NCBI GenBank assembly: GCA_019704295.1
Contig: AP024596.1
Span: 512,001-576,000, forward strand
Source of the DNA: Sulfolobales archaeon HS-7
GTDB taxonomy: Archaea > Thermoproteota > Thermoprotei_A > Sulfolobales > Sulfolobaceae
Direction of reading: 5' to 3'
Length of the DNA: 64,000 nucleotides
The translations under genes were made by a program, and so were the position numbers. Positions 1 through 9,578 of the stretch are shown here, one piece after another (position 1 is the first letter of the stretch; each line of letters begins with the position of its first letter). A model generated the notes under the pieces. It did not search any database, was not told the origin of the DNA, and worked only from the letters and a program-made list of their open reading frames with translations.

Positions 1-24
1 CAAAACCTCCTGAACTTCTATCAT
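1..24 (-). CDS. possible N-terminus of a gene running off the window edge (MIEVQEVL..., ABC ATPase-like start)
   Basis: ATG at 24-22 on the minus strand just downstream of the 100..1467 gene; only 8 codons visible. Confidence 0.3.
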
Positions 25-99
25 GTTGTCCCATTTGGAATATAACTATAAAAATTTAAATTCTACAGTCAACTCTTTCAATTGTGTTTATATCCTTTT

Positions 100-1467
100 T
101 TATTTCTTCTTATAAAATAACAAAACTATAAATATGATCACCGCAGGTACTAATATCGCCAACTCCAATGAAAGGGTTGGATTTACGGCCTCATAAGGCA
201 GTGTATTAGGAAGAGTTGTCAACGCGTTTACCGTTTGAGACGAGTTGTAATATACATGACTAACGAGCTGAAGCTCTGAGACTACGTACTTTCCGCTAAT
301 CGCTTCCTGTTCTATCAGCATGCCTGAAGGGGTAAAGAACATGTACTCAGTCGAATTAGATGAGTTTGAACTTTTGTACAAATAAGTGTATACTGGTAAA
401 GTCCCTAAAGGTGTGGTTATATTCGTTTCGTTTAATAGGGACATTTTTACTCCCTCATACGTGATCGTTGCGTTTCCGGCATCGGGAATCACAGGGGTTA
501 ACAATTGAGTATAGTTGCCAATCTGGATCGACATGTAGTAGCCGTTAAGATTAGGGACTAATACAGAACCTTCTGCAACAGCTCTCACGTGTTCTATCAC
601 CGCAACCGTAATTCCATTAGAGTATAGATATGGTACTATAATTTGCGTGTAACCCGTATTTATCAAATTATAGTACGGGCTCACGTTTAGTAGAGCGGCG
701 TAGACGTATGATATGTTATAGTCTTCAGCTAACTTAACTTTGGGAAGCGTTATATTGTACGTCGAATTAGAATAATTATAGAGTATAATCTGAATCTGTT
801 CGGAATTCAATGTTCCATCAAACTCCGCTAGAAGTCCGAACTTCATCAGACCAACATTACCACTAAAGGTTGTATTTTTAGTGCTTAAGGTAGTATCGTT
901 AAACACATATAGTGACACGTTCTTCAGATTGATCAGATTCGCGACTGCTCTTGTAAAGCCACTCAGCGTAAGGGTAAGATTACCGTCTATTATTTCATAG
1001 GTATTATCAAATATTAAGTTCTTAGATAGAAACGGATATTCGGTTATGTTAAGGGGTATTTCGAGTGCACTTAGATTATAAGTGGCATTCTTAAATGTTT
1101 TGTATAGTTGGACTGCGATAGGATTAGTAGATATATTAGTGATGTTGTTTTTTACTTTAATCTGGATAAACCCGTTATTTTCTGAAATCACGCAGTATTT
1201 CAAATAAAAGTGAATATAACTGGTATTTGACGATGGGTCGTTAGATGGGTCGTTAGAGGAAGTAGTAGTATTGGAAGTGGTGGTTGTAGTCGGGGTAGTA
1301 ACAACAGGTTTAACAGTTTCGTTTTGTATTGTAATTATATAGGTTATATTGCTGGGAAGTATTACAGTCTCCTTGTCGACAACTGCTCCAAGATTTGTGA
1401 AATAAGACGGAAGTCCTACAAAAGTTACACTAGGCAATATGAGAAGTAACAATATCAGCCATTTCAT
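100..1467 (-). CDS. membrane-anchored cell-surface glycoprotein (hypothetical)
   Basis: N-terminal signal peptide, Thr/Ser-rich stretch, many N-x-S/T sequons, C-terminal TM helix ending in KKK. Confidence 0.75.
   Translation of the reverse strand: MKWLILLLLILPSVTFVGLPSYFTNLGAVVDKETVILPSNITYIITIQNETVKPVVTTPTTTTTSNTTTSSNDPSNDPSSNTSYIHFYLKYCVISENNGFIQIKVKNNITNISTNPIAVQLYKTFKNATYNLSALEIPLNITEYPFLSKNLIFDNTYEIIDGNLTLTLSGFTRAVANLINLKNVSLYVFNDTTLSTKNTTFSGNVGLMKFGLLAEFDGTLNSEQIQIILYNYSNSTYNITLPKVKLAEDYNISYVYAALLNVSPYYNLINTGYTQIIVPYLYSNGITVAVIEHVRAVAEGSVLVPNLNGYYMSIQIGNYTQLLTPVIPDAGNATITYEGVKMSLLNETNITTPLGTLPVYTYLYKSSNSSNSTEYMFFTPSGMLIEQEAISGKYVVSELQLVSHVYYNSSQTVNALTTLPNTLPYEAVNPTLSLELAILVPAVIIFIVLLFYKKK
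1232..1255. repeat. 12-nt tandem duplication (GATGGGTCGTTA x2) encoding NDPS-NDPS in the Ser/Thr linker
   Basis: read directly from the sequence. Confidence 0.85.
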
Positions 1468-2104
1468 CGTGACAACTTAAATTGGGGATTAATAACGTTA
1501 ATCAAAAATTCTCAGGATAATATCACAAACCCCTCTCGATTCTCTTAGGTATATAAAATTGGTTTAGTTAAAAACTTTATGAAGGTGAGACATTATCGAA
1601 AGTCCTTTACCCCAAGCAGTTTCAGGTTTAGAGGGTAAACTCTCTTTCTCCTCATCCTTTCAGAACTCGGCAAACACATCATTAATATAACTCTATTCAG
1701 TTATTATTGTCTAATACAATCCCGATATATTACACTTACGGTATACATTTTAAAGTATCTAGATATCGAAAGCAAAAACGGAATAGGAAGCTATACACTG
1801 TTTTACGCTAAATGATCGTAGATTTTTCCAACTCCGAAAGCCACATTATCAAATTATGGAAGCTTTCCACCCTCACCCTTTGGGGGTCTTACTCCTTTAA
1901 CTCCAGTAAAGATAATGCTATTCTTTTACAAAACAATTTACAAAGTGTTTTAATTTTCCAAGCACTTCCATGAATTTTCTGAAACAAATGTTAATGATAT
2001 CTTGGGGCGTTGACCTCGGAATTGATGATCCTTCAAACACTCTGTAGAAATACTCGATAAAACCCTAATTCTACGTTGTCTTGATTGATTTCGGAAAAAG
2101 ACTG

Positions 2105-3427
2105 TCAGTTAACTTTATGAATCTTTAGGAAATTTACCCCCTCTTTCTCCTCAGGAGAAGAACCAATGAGAATTATCGTTTTACCCTTTTCCGTTATAAT
2201 CTTAGCCGACTCGTTGATCTCCCTTATTATGGAGTTCATGTCGTTGAGCCTTTTCTTTACAGTCGAAATAACTCCATAACATAAATTAAGCTTTCTTGCA
2301 AGCGATATATCTGGCACGATTGCCAGGATCGGTAGCTTTGGTCTTAATCTGGATATTCTGAGTACGATTTCCTCATTATCACCATAAGCTATAATTAAGT
2401 CCGCCCCGGCTAACTCAGAAGCGTCGACCGCCGCTAGAGCCATCGCGTCATCAGAAGTTCTTGGTTCCACTCTTACTGGGTTAAGATACACTTCACTCGA
2501 CTCTATGACTTTATCTAAGTATTTAACAGCCTCTAGTGGGTAGTTACCCGCAGCCGTCTCATCACTAAGCATTATAGCGTCGACGCCCTGCGCGACAGAG
2601 TTAGAAATGTCTATTACTTCAGCTCGGGTTGGAAGTGGATTGTATACCATGGATTCGAGCACTTGTGTTGCAAGAATTACTGGCTTTCCGTAATTTCTGC
2701 TAACTTCTATTATTTTTTTCTGTAAAACTGGAAGACTTTCTAATCCAACCTCTATTCCTAAATCTCCACGTGCAACCATAACTCCATCTGATACCCTAAC
2801 AATCTCCTCTAATCTGTCAATAGCACTCTTCTTCTCTATTTTCGATATTACCCATGCCTCTTTAGCTTTCTGCTTAACTTGAAGTATTTCATCAGGTCTA
2901 GTTACGAATGACAGCCCTATCATATCCGCGCCCAATTCTGCCGCCATCTCCAACAGTTTGAGGTCCTCCGGGGTTAGACCTGCTGGAACGTTGGAATCTG
3001 GAAGATTTATACCCTTCCTTGCGCTTAATATTCCTCCGTTGATTACCTTAGCTTCTACCTTATTTTGACTAACGTCAATTGCAATGGTTTCTATTAACCC
3101 ATCTGCTATTAGAATCCGCTGTCCAGCACTCACCAGTTTGAAGAAAATGGGATCGCTTACGGGAATTCCCCCTATACCAAAGGTTATAGTATCGCCTGGA
3201 TTGACTTGAGTTTTCTCTATATCTCCTAATCTAAGTTTTGGCCCTGGCAAATCCATTAATATCGGCTTTTCAGGCGCATACTCCCTTATTTTCCGATAAT
3301 ATTCCTTATGTTGCACTTCATCGCCGTGCGCCAAATTCATTCTGAAGACATCTACAATAGGGGACAGTTCGTCTAGTTTCTCTATAGAAGTTGGACCTAT
3401 GGTGGCGACTACCTTAGTTTTTCTCAA
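2105..3427 (-). CDS. pyk: pyruvate kinase
   Basis: KTKVVATIGP, DLPGPKLR, SKIEK, MVARGDLG, ATQVLESM, PTRAE, MLSDETAAG motifs; TTG start. Confidence 0.97.
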   Translation of the reverse strand: MRKTKVVATIGPTSIEKLDELSPIVDVFRMNLAHGDEVQHKEYYRKIREYAPEKPILMDLPGPKLRLGDIEKTQVNPGDTITFGIGGIPVSDPIFFKLVSAGQRILIADGLIETIAIDVSQNKVEAKVINGGILSARKGINLPDSNVPAGLTPEDLKLLEMAAELGADMIGLSFVTRPDEILQVKQKAKEAWVISKIEKKSAIDRLEEIVRVSDGVMVARGDLGIEVGLESLPVLQKKIIEVSRNYGKPVILATQVLESMVYNPLPTRAEVIDISNSVAQGVDAIMLSDETAAGNYPLEAVKYLDKVIESSEVYLNPVRVEPRTSDDAMALAAVDASELAGADLIIAYGDNEEIVLRISRLRPKLPILAIVPDISLARKLNLCYGVISTVKKRLNDMNSIIREINESAKIITEKGKTIILIGSSPEEKEGVNFLKIHKVN

Positions 3428-3434
3428 TTTAGTT

Positions 3435-3638
3435 TCACCAAAATCTCTTTTCTAACTTCACCCTGATTACTTTATCGTTAATGTCCTCAGCATCGATAAG
3501 AGATACACCATATTTCATTGCCATTCTAGGTAACTCCTCAATCAGATCCCTTACGACTATGAGTTCTGCTTCTTTTTCAGCATGAGAGAACTGTATTATT
3601 ACCTTCTCTAACTGCCTAGCCGTTAATATTATATCCAT
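3435..3638 (-). CDS. small hypothetical protein, probably co-transcribed with pyk
   Basis: 67-aa ORF ending 7 nt before the pyk start; protein-like composition. Confidence 0.7.
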   Translation of the reverse strand: MDIILTARQLEKVIIQFSHAEKEAELIVVRDLIEELPRMAMKYGVSLIDAEDINDKVIRVKLEKRFW

Positions 3639-4060
3639 AGTTACACTTAGGACAACACATTAATATTCTTACGTTGAGCCCTGCATTAGCTTAATTACAC
3701 TCTTGATTTTCTTTATATACTTGGCTTCATTTTACGTGAGCCAGTGTAAGCTTTATAAACTTAGTCTCAACATTATTCTTCAATACTTTTCTTATTATAT
3801 GTTAAGTAATTAAGTTAAAAGCTATTTGACTGAACTTCCTGGAATTGTGTGATTTCAATCTAAGAATATTAACGTAAAACTATCTGTCAGGAGGGTATCC
3901 AACAAGGTGAGAAATCGGATAGAAAGGTTTTACAGGGTGCTTAATTTCTTCTCCTAACTGTAAGTTCGAGATATCACCCAAAAATTATCATTGTCAAATT
4001 TTTTATTACTGAATTTAGTGCAATAGCAAATTTCGAGCTATCATCCATGGCGGCAAGATG

Positions 4061-4711
4061 TCAGTATGAGGGGTAAATGCCTATAATCTCTTTAATGTGT
4101 TTTAAGGCTTCGCATAACGTATCTACCAGGACTACGTTTTCGGCTTTTATTTCATCGACATGTCCTTTTAATATAAACACTTTTCTAAGTCCAGCTCGAG
4201 TAAATGCGATCATGTCGTGCGGTGAATCACCTATCGCAATTACCTCTGAAGAATCTATAGATAATTTCCTTAGAGCCATGAAAACTGGTTGAGGATCGGG
4301 TTTAGGTTTATCGACCATGTCTGCACTTATAATTACGTCGGGAGTCATATCGATGACCCTAAGCGTAGCTAATGCACTATCAAGAAGGGACGACGTGACT
4401 ATAGCCCTCTTTAAACTCTCAGTTACTCTTAATAACTCATTAACACAGGGTGCAGGTTGTGCATAGATTGTGCATACCTCTCTATATATTCTCTTCTTCA
4501 ATTCCGCCAACTCCTCGGCTCTCTCAGGAGTTATCATTCGGGCTATTTCTATCGTAGTTCTCCCCCATAGTCCCTCAAAGGGAATCAAGAAAGGTATGTT
4601 CATTTGTTGACATGCGGTTTTCCATGCAACATAATGTGCCTTTTTCGTTAAAACCAATGTATCATCAAGATCCATGATTATTCCCTTAACTTTCATTAAA
4701 TCACCTCTCAC
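4061..4711 (-). CDS. HAD-superfamily hydrolase (beta-phosphoglucomutase/phosphatase-like); likely start at internal MKVKG
   Basis: DLDDTL motif I, VTSS motif II, KPKPDP, GDSPHD motif IV; GAGGTGA before the internal ATG. Confidence 0.9.
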   Translation of the reverse strand: MRGDLMKVKGIIMDLDDTLVLTKKAHYVAWKTACQQMNIPFLIPFEGLWGRTTIEIARMITPERAEELAELKKRIYREVCTIYAQPAPCVNELLRVTESLKRAIVTSSLLDSALATLRVIDMTPDVIISADMVDKPKPDPQPVFMALRKLSIDSSEVIAIGDSPHDMIAFTRAGLRKVFILKGHVDEIKAENVVLVDTLCEALKHIKEIIGIYPSY

Positions 4712-4980
4712 AAACTGCTAGGAGAAATTAAGGTATCGAAGTTTATTTGGGCCAAAGGAAACCTATTTCGTATTTGTCGTTCTACTTGCCTATAGGTACT
4801 AGCTATCGGCTTGTTAATTGTCACTATACTAGCTAAATTATTATACACGAAGAGTCCGTTTCTACATAGAGAAGGTTTTGAAAACGATTTTGCCTTTTCA
4901 TCATTAACAAAAGACACTTTACTATTACTACGGTTACGAAATAGTAAAGTAACAGTGAGGTTTCGCAGGTACGTGATATC

Positions 4981-6339
4981 TCACTTCCTAGGATAGATGA
5001 ATTCCTTTGGGGCCTTCGTAAACAACTCAAGATATTTCCTTAATACTTTAGGTATTTCGACGACACCGTCCTCTGTTTGATAGTTCTCGAGTATCGCAGT
5101 AATGGTCCTTGTTGAGGCTATAGCGGTACTGTTTAATGTGTGAACATATCCCTTTCTATTATTCTTCCTGTCGACAAACCGTATATTCATCCTATAGCTC
5201 TGCCAATCGAGACAGTTACTGCAACTTATCATCTCTCTAAATCTCCCCTGAGCTGGCATCCATGCCTCAATATCAAACTTCCTGTAGGCGCATGCCCCTA
5301 AATCTCCAGTAGCTATATCGATAACTCTGTAGGGAATCCCTAGCCCTCCAAATATCTCCTCAGCATTACTCAGAAGTTCTTGATGTAACGCTTCACTGGT
5401 CTCTGGAAGAGAAAAGACAAACTGTTCTATTTTATGGAATTGATGTACGCGAAATATTCCCTTCATGTCCTTGTTTGCCGCACCTGCCTCTTTTCTAAAT
5501 GCAGGAGAAAACCCGGCGAACTTTTCAGGAAGGTTCTCAGCCTCAATCGTCTCGTTGTAATGAAGTGCAGCTATTGGATGTTCTGCAGTAGCAATTAAGA
5601 AGAGATCCTCATCGGCAACCTTATATATTGCGTCTTTAAACGTATCTAAATCTATAACGGACTTTATCACTTCCCCCTTTAGCATGTAAGGAGGAATAAC
5701 AAGGGTATAGCCCTTCACTGTCATTTGATCCATTGCGTAGAGAAGGAGTGCGAATTCAAGCCAGACAATATCGTCAAAGAGATAATAGAATCTGGAGCCT
5801 GTAACCTCGCCTGCCTTCAAGGTATTACCATACTTGAGCACGTTCTCTAACATTTCCGCATGGCCCTTAGCCTTCCAGCTAGTTATCTCGTAATCACCGC
5901 CTAATTGCTTAAGTAGGTTGATTGCTTCTTTATCTCCTTCATAAACCTTGATCTTCCCCACGACTTTTATTGTCCTAGATGCGCTTTCATCACCTACCGG
6001 GGAAATTTCGCTAACGAGATTTGGTAAGGTTAATAGTAATTGTTCTCTCTTAAACTCTAAATCCTTGAGTTCCCTCTCCTTCGATTCAAGTATATTCAAA
6101 ACCTCCTTAGCCTTTCTCATAAGCTCGTCTTTATCCTTACTTTCAGCTCTAGCTATTTTACTACTGATAGTATTATGTTCATGTCTAAGCTTATTAATTT
6201 CGTTAAGTTTGTTCCTCCATTCCTTATCTGCGTTTACTATCTCCGTTACAATTGAGGGGTCCATATTCCTTTTCTTCACACTGTCGATTAGCCTTTCAGG
6301 ATTGTTTCTGATTATTTCCAGAAGACTCCAGGACATCAC
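4981..6339 (-). CDS. serS: seryl-tRNA synthetase
   Basis: N-terminal coiled coil, [14 protein letters not shown]...[14 protein letters not shown] motif 2, HTLNSTAIA motif 3. Confidence 0.98.
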   Translation of the reverse strand: MMSWSLLEIIRNNPERLIDSVKKRNMDPSIVTEIVNADKEWRNKLNEINKLRHEHNTISSKIARAESKDKDELMRKAKEVLNILESKERELKDLEFKREQLLLTLPNLVSEISPVGDESASRTIKVVGKIKVYEGDKEAINLLKQLGGDYEITSWKAKGHAEMLENVLKYGNTLKAGEVTGSRFYYLFDDIVWLEFALLLYAMDQMTVKGYTLVIPPYMLKGEVIKSVIDLDTFKDAIYKVADEDLFLIATAEHPIAALHYNETIEAENLPEKFAGFSPAFRKEAGAANKDMKGIFRVHQFHKIEQFVFSLPETSEALHQELLSNAEEIFGGLGIPYRVIDIATGDLGACAYRKFDIEAWMPAQGRFREMISCSNCLDWQSYRMNIRFVDRKNNRKGYVHTLNSTAIASTRTITAILENYQTEDGVVEIPKVLRKYLELFTKAPKEFIYPRK

Positions 6340-6390
6340 ACAACCTAATATAGTTAGAAACTAGTAACTTAAAAGCAATGCATTAGGTTA

Positions 6391-6783
6391 CTAACTTGCT
6401 GTTGAAGTCCCCTTATCCTCAGGTATTCCATAAGTCTGAACCCACATCTCAACAATGTCGTATCCATATAGCTTCTTAAATCGCTCTCTTCCATCTGGAG
6501 TTATCTTAAGTGGATTCCATTCGGTTTCTAAATCTATATCTACCTTAACGTCTTTAGCTGGTACTGTTTCCTGTATTACCTGCTGAACAGTATATATGAG
6601 ATCATCCAGAACAGGACATCCTGGCGCAGTAAGTCCCATCCTCAGATATACGTTACCATCATCTGATATTTTAAGTTCATAAATCAATCCGAGATCAACT
6701 ATATTCACAGGAATCTCTGGATCATAAACTTGTTTTAAAGCGTCCATAATTTTCGATTTCCATTCGGCTTCGTTTACACTCAT
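6391..6783 (-). CDS. DUF59/SufT-type Fe-S cluster assembly factor
   Basis: VYDPEIPVNIVDLGLIY and LTAPGCP signature. Confidence 0.92.
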   Translation of the reverse strand: MSVNEAEWKSKIMDALKQVYDPEIPVNIVDLGLIYELKISDDGNVYLRMGLTAPGCPVLDDLIYTVQQVIQETVPAKDVKVDIDLETEWNPLKITPDGRERFKKLYGYDIVEMWVQTYGIPEDKGTSTAS

Positions 6784-7192
6784 AATTCCTCCTAATATAT
6801 TTTGGAGTTGTGATTAATATTAGTTAGTCAGTACTGCTACTTTTAAGAACATCAAGCGTAATTTACAATATTATGTTTTAACGAAGGGGGAAATTACCTA
6901 GCTTTGGGATGAATAGCACCCTGAAAAGACGTTTTCACATTAAGTTAAGATGGTATCAGTTGGACTAAAACCTGTTGGGAATGTCCGTAACCTTTCTTCA
7001 ATATGTTATTGTTGGAACGGGTTAATGAGTCCCATAGGGAAATTAATGTTACCTACGTAGCGCGAAATCATGAGTCAATAGTATTACATCACAAATAGTA
7101 ATACAACAAACCTTCGCACCTATCAGAATAAGTGTTTTAGCGATTAAAATTGGCCCTTTTCGAAGAGTCCGTGATGTTCGTAAAGTGTCGAT

Positions 7193-7624
7193 CTACAGAA
7201 GTTTGTTGAGAAGGGGTTTTATACTACGATTTGTTTCAGTTAAGGCATCTCCACTATACCATGTGGGAATGTGAAATACCTCTTTTCTCAGGAGGGGTTC
7301 ATATGTTAAAAATTTTCTAAGAGTGGGATGAATTGAGTTAGAATTGGCAAAGCTTATATCAATACATCCAAGAGTACCAGCGTTTGAAATCCTTATTTCC
7401 TTCTCAAACAGGTAAGTTACAAGGAATTCTTGATCGAGTGATGTCAAATACTTCTTATTACATTCGTTATTCACGTTATTCATAGCCTCCCTCAATGGAA
7501 TAACTCCGTTAAGTTCCCAATGAACCAGGTTTCTTCTAATTGTTACTTTACCTGAATGGATCACATTAGGATCTTCCCTACATAGTCTGATAAGTAACTC
7601 GTCTCTCGTAACTATACATTTCAT
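7193..7624 (-). CDS. hypothetical protein
   Basis: 143-aa ORF with ATG start, divergent from the carboxypeptidase; no recognised motif. Confidence 0.6.
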   Translation of the reverse strand: MKCIVTRDELLIRLCREDPNVIHSGKVTIRRNLVHWELNGVIPLREAMNNVNNECNKKYLTSLDQEFLVTYLFEKEIRISNAGTLGCIDISFANSNSIHPTLRKFLTYEPLLRKEVFHIPTWYSGDALTETNRSIKPLLNKLL

Positions 7625-7679
7625 ATTAAATAGTTACTAAGTAGGCGATTAAAATATCGTCTTTCTAAAATGAGGGTAA

Positions 7680-7719
7680 GTGAATCACCCTGTTTCGCAC
7701 TGGCAGGGCCTCCTGCTTC
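7680..7719 (-). mobile_element. isolated IS200/IS605-type right-end-like hairpin
   Basis: minus strand reads GAAGCAGGAGGCCCTGCCAGTGCGAAACAGGGTGATTCAC: subterminal hairpin ending in TCAC, as in IS200/IS605 right ends. Confidence 0.45.
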
Positions 7720-7777
7720 TCTCTTTGTCGGAGGCCGAGAGAAAAGAGTATATTATGGCAGTATTTGCACTTAATTT

Positions 7778-9235
7778 ATGGTGGGTTTAATAGATTCGAT
7801 TTTACAGAAGTATGAAAGTGTATGGGCATTAAATCATGCCTTGTCTCTAATGAATTGGGATTTAGAGACGTATATGCCTGAGGATGGTGCGGCGAGAAGA
7901 GGTGAGGCAACAGCTAGCGTGGAATTGTTAAAAAGGAACATAATCCTATCAATGAGGGAGGAGGTTGAAAGAGCAGCAAAACAGGAGGGCCTTGATGACA
8001 TTAACAAGGGAATGATAAGGGTCCTCAAGAGACAACTCGATTTTTACACAAAGATCCCTTCTGAGACAATAGAGAAGTTATATCGCATTACGTCTACAGC
8101 ATCCGTAGTGTGGAGAAAGGCAAGAGCAACAAATGATTTTAAGTCCTTTTCACCCTTGCTTAAAACCATCGTTGAAATAAATAGGGAAATTGCAGAGAAA
8201 ATGGGGTACACTAAGCACCCATATAACGCACTTCTTGATATTAACGAAGAAGGACTTACTACAGAGGACTTAGATTCCATCTTATCCCAGATAGTTCCCG
8301 TAATTAAGGACGTTGTTTCAAAGACCCATATGCCATCTAAGCATGAACTTGAAAAGGTGAGATATAAGGAAGAGGACATGAGAAGGGTTAACGAGTCTCT
8401 AATAGATATTCTACAAATGCCGCGGAAAAAGTTTAGGATGGACGTGTCAGCTCATCCATTCACTGTTGGTATGTCAGTCTCAGATGTTAGGATAACCACT
8501 AGATACGAGGGAATAGACTTCAGATCTACCATGTTTTCTGTAATCCATGAGGCCGGCCACGCTATATATGAACTCCAACTTCCCTCAGAACTAGAGAAAA
8601 CCCCGGTAGGAGTAGCCGTTTCTGGGGGAATTCATGAGTCCCAATCTAGATTCTGGGAAAACGTTATAGGAAGAAGTAGGGAGTTTGTTGAAATAGTTTA
8701 TCCTATATTAACAAAATATCTAGATTTCGTTAAAAAATATGATCACGAGGAAATATATAGGTACTTTAACATAGTTAGGCCCAGCACTATAAGGGTTGAC
8801 GCTGACGAAGTAACCTATAATCTCCACATAGCTGTAAGGTATGAGATAGAAAAAAGACTCATTGACGGTTCGATCAGTGTGGATGAAGCCCCAGAGTTAT
8901 GGAACGAACTTATGGAAAAATACGTCGGAGTAAGACCTAGTTCCGACTCTGATGGAATACTACAAGACATACATTGGTCCGGAGGTGCATTTGGTTCGTT
9001 CCCAAATTACTTGATAGGTAACGTCGTCGCAGGAATGATATATAGTAAGATAGGAAAGTTAAGACGATATATAACTGAACAGGACTTCTCCTCAGTAAAG
9101 GGTTTCCTAAAGGATAAGATCCATCAATACGGCTCTATCTACCCTCCAAAGGAACTTTTAAAGAGGAGCTTCGGTGAGTCCTATAATGCCGAACATCTCG
9201 CAATGTACCTAAGGGAGAAGTACTTGTCATATTAA
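7778..9235 (+). CDS. thermostable carboxypeptidase, peptidase M32 (Taq family)
   Basis: HPF, DVRITTRY, HEAGH (HEXXH), HESQS, IRVDADE, LQDIHW motifs. Confidence 0.96.
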   Translation: MVGLIDSILQKYESVWALNHALSLMNWDLETYMPEDGAARRGEATASVELLKRNIILSMREEVERAAKQEGLDDINKGMIRVLKRQLDFYTKIPSETIEKLYRITSTASVVWRKARATNDFKSFSPLLKTIVEINREIAEKMGYTKHPYNALLDINEEGLTTEDLDSILSQIVPVIKDVVSKTHMPSKHELEKVRYKEEDMRRVNESLIDILQMPRKKFRMDVSAHPFTVGMSVSDVRITTRYEGIDFRSTMFSVIHEAGHAIYELQLPSELEKTPVGVAVSGGIHESQSRFWENVIGRSREFVEIVYPILTKYLDFVKKYDHEEIYRYFNIVRPSTIRVDADEVTYNLHIAVRYEIEKRLIDGSISVDEAPELWNELMEKYVGVRPSSDSDGILQDIHWSGGAFGSFPNYLIGNVVAGMIYSKIGKLRRYITEQDFSSVKGFLKDKIHQYGSIYPPKELLKRSFGESYNAEHLAMYLREKYLSY

Positions 9236-9252
9236 CTTGATTGCGTCATGAA

Positions 9253-9526
9253 GCGAACTACCCTGTACGGACAGGGATTCCTTACACCACCTTGCTCAAA
9301 GGGGTTCACGGGGATTATAGGTACCCCACATTGAACTTCATACTGAGGGTGTTGCATGCAGGACCATTGATTGAAACAGAGGCGTACCACGCCGTCTCCT
9401 AGGGGTCTCGTTGACTTCTCAAGTGGATGTTATTATTTAGTTTTCCAAGATCTCGCATTCAAGTATAAGGGACTACCCATCTCAACGGGTCTTTTGCCCA
9501 CAACTCCCTTTGAGATAACAACTATC
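9253..9526 (-). mobile_element. non-autonomous IS200/IS605-derived element (SMN1/PATE-like), no ORF
   Basis: perfect hairpin CCCTGT-ACGG-ACAGGG (9261-9276) near one end, second hairpin (minus strand CCCGT-TGAG-ATGGG) near the other; GC-richer than flanks; layout resembles my recollection of Sulfolobales SMN elements; boundaries approximate. Confidence 0.6.
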
Positions 9527-9578
9527 TTAATACCATGATTTCGGATTTCTAAAAAATCTGCCGCAATGAAGAGTTGCT

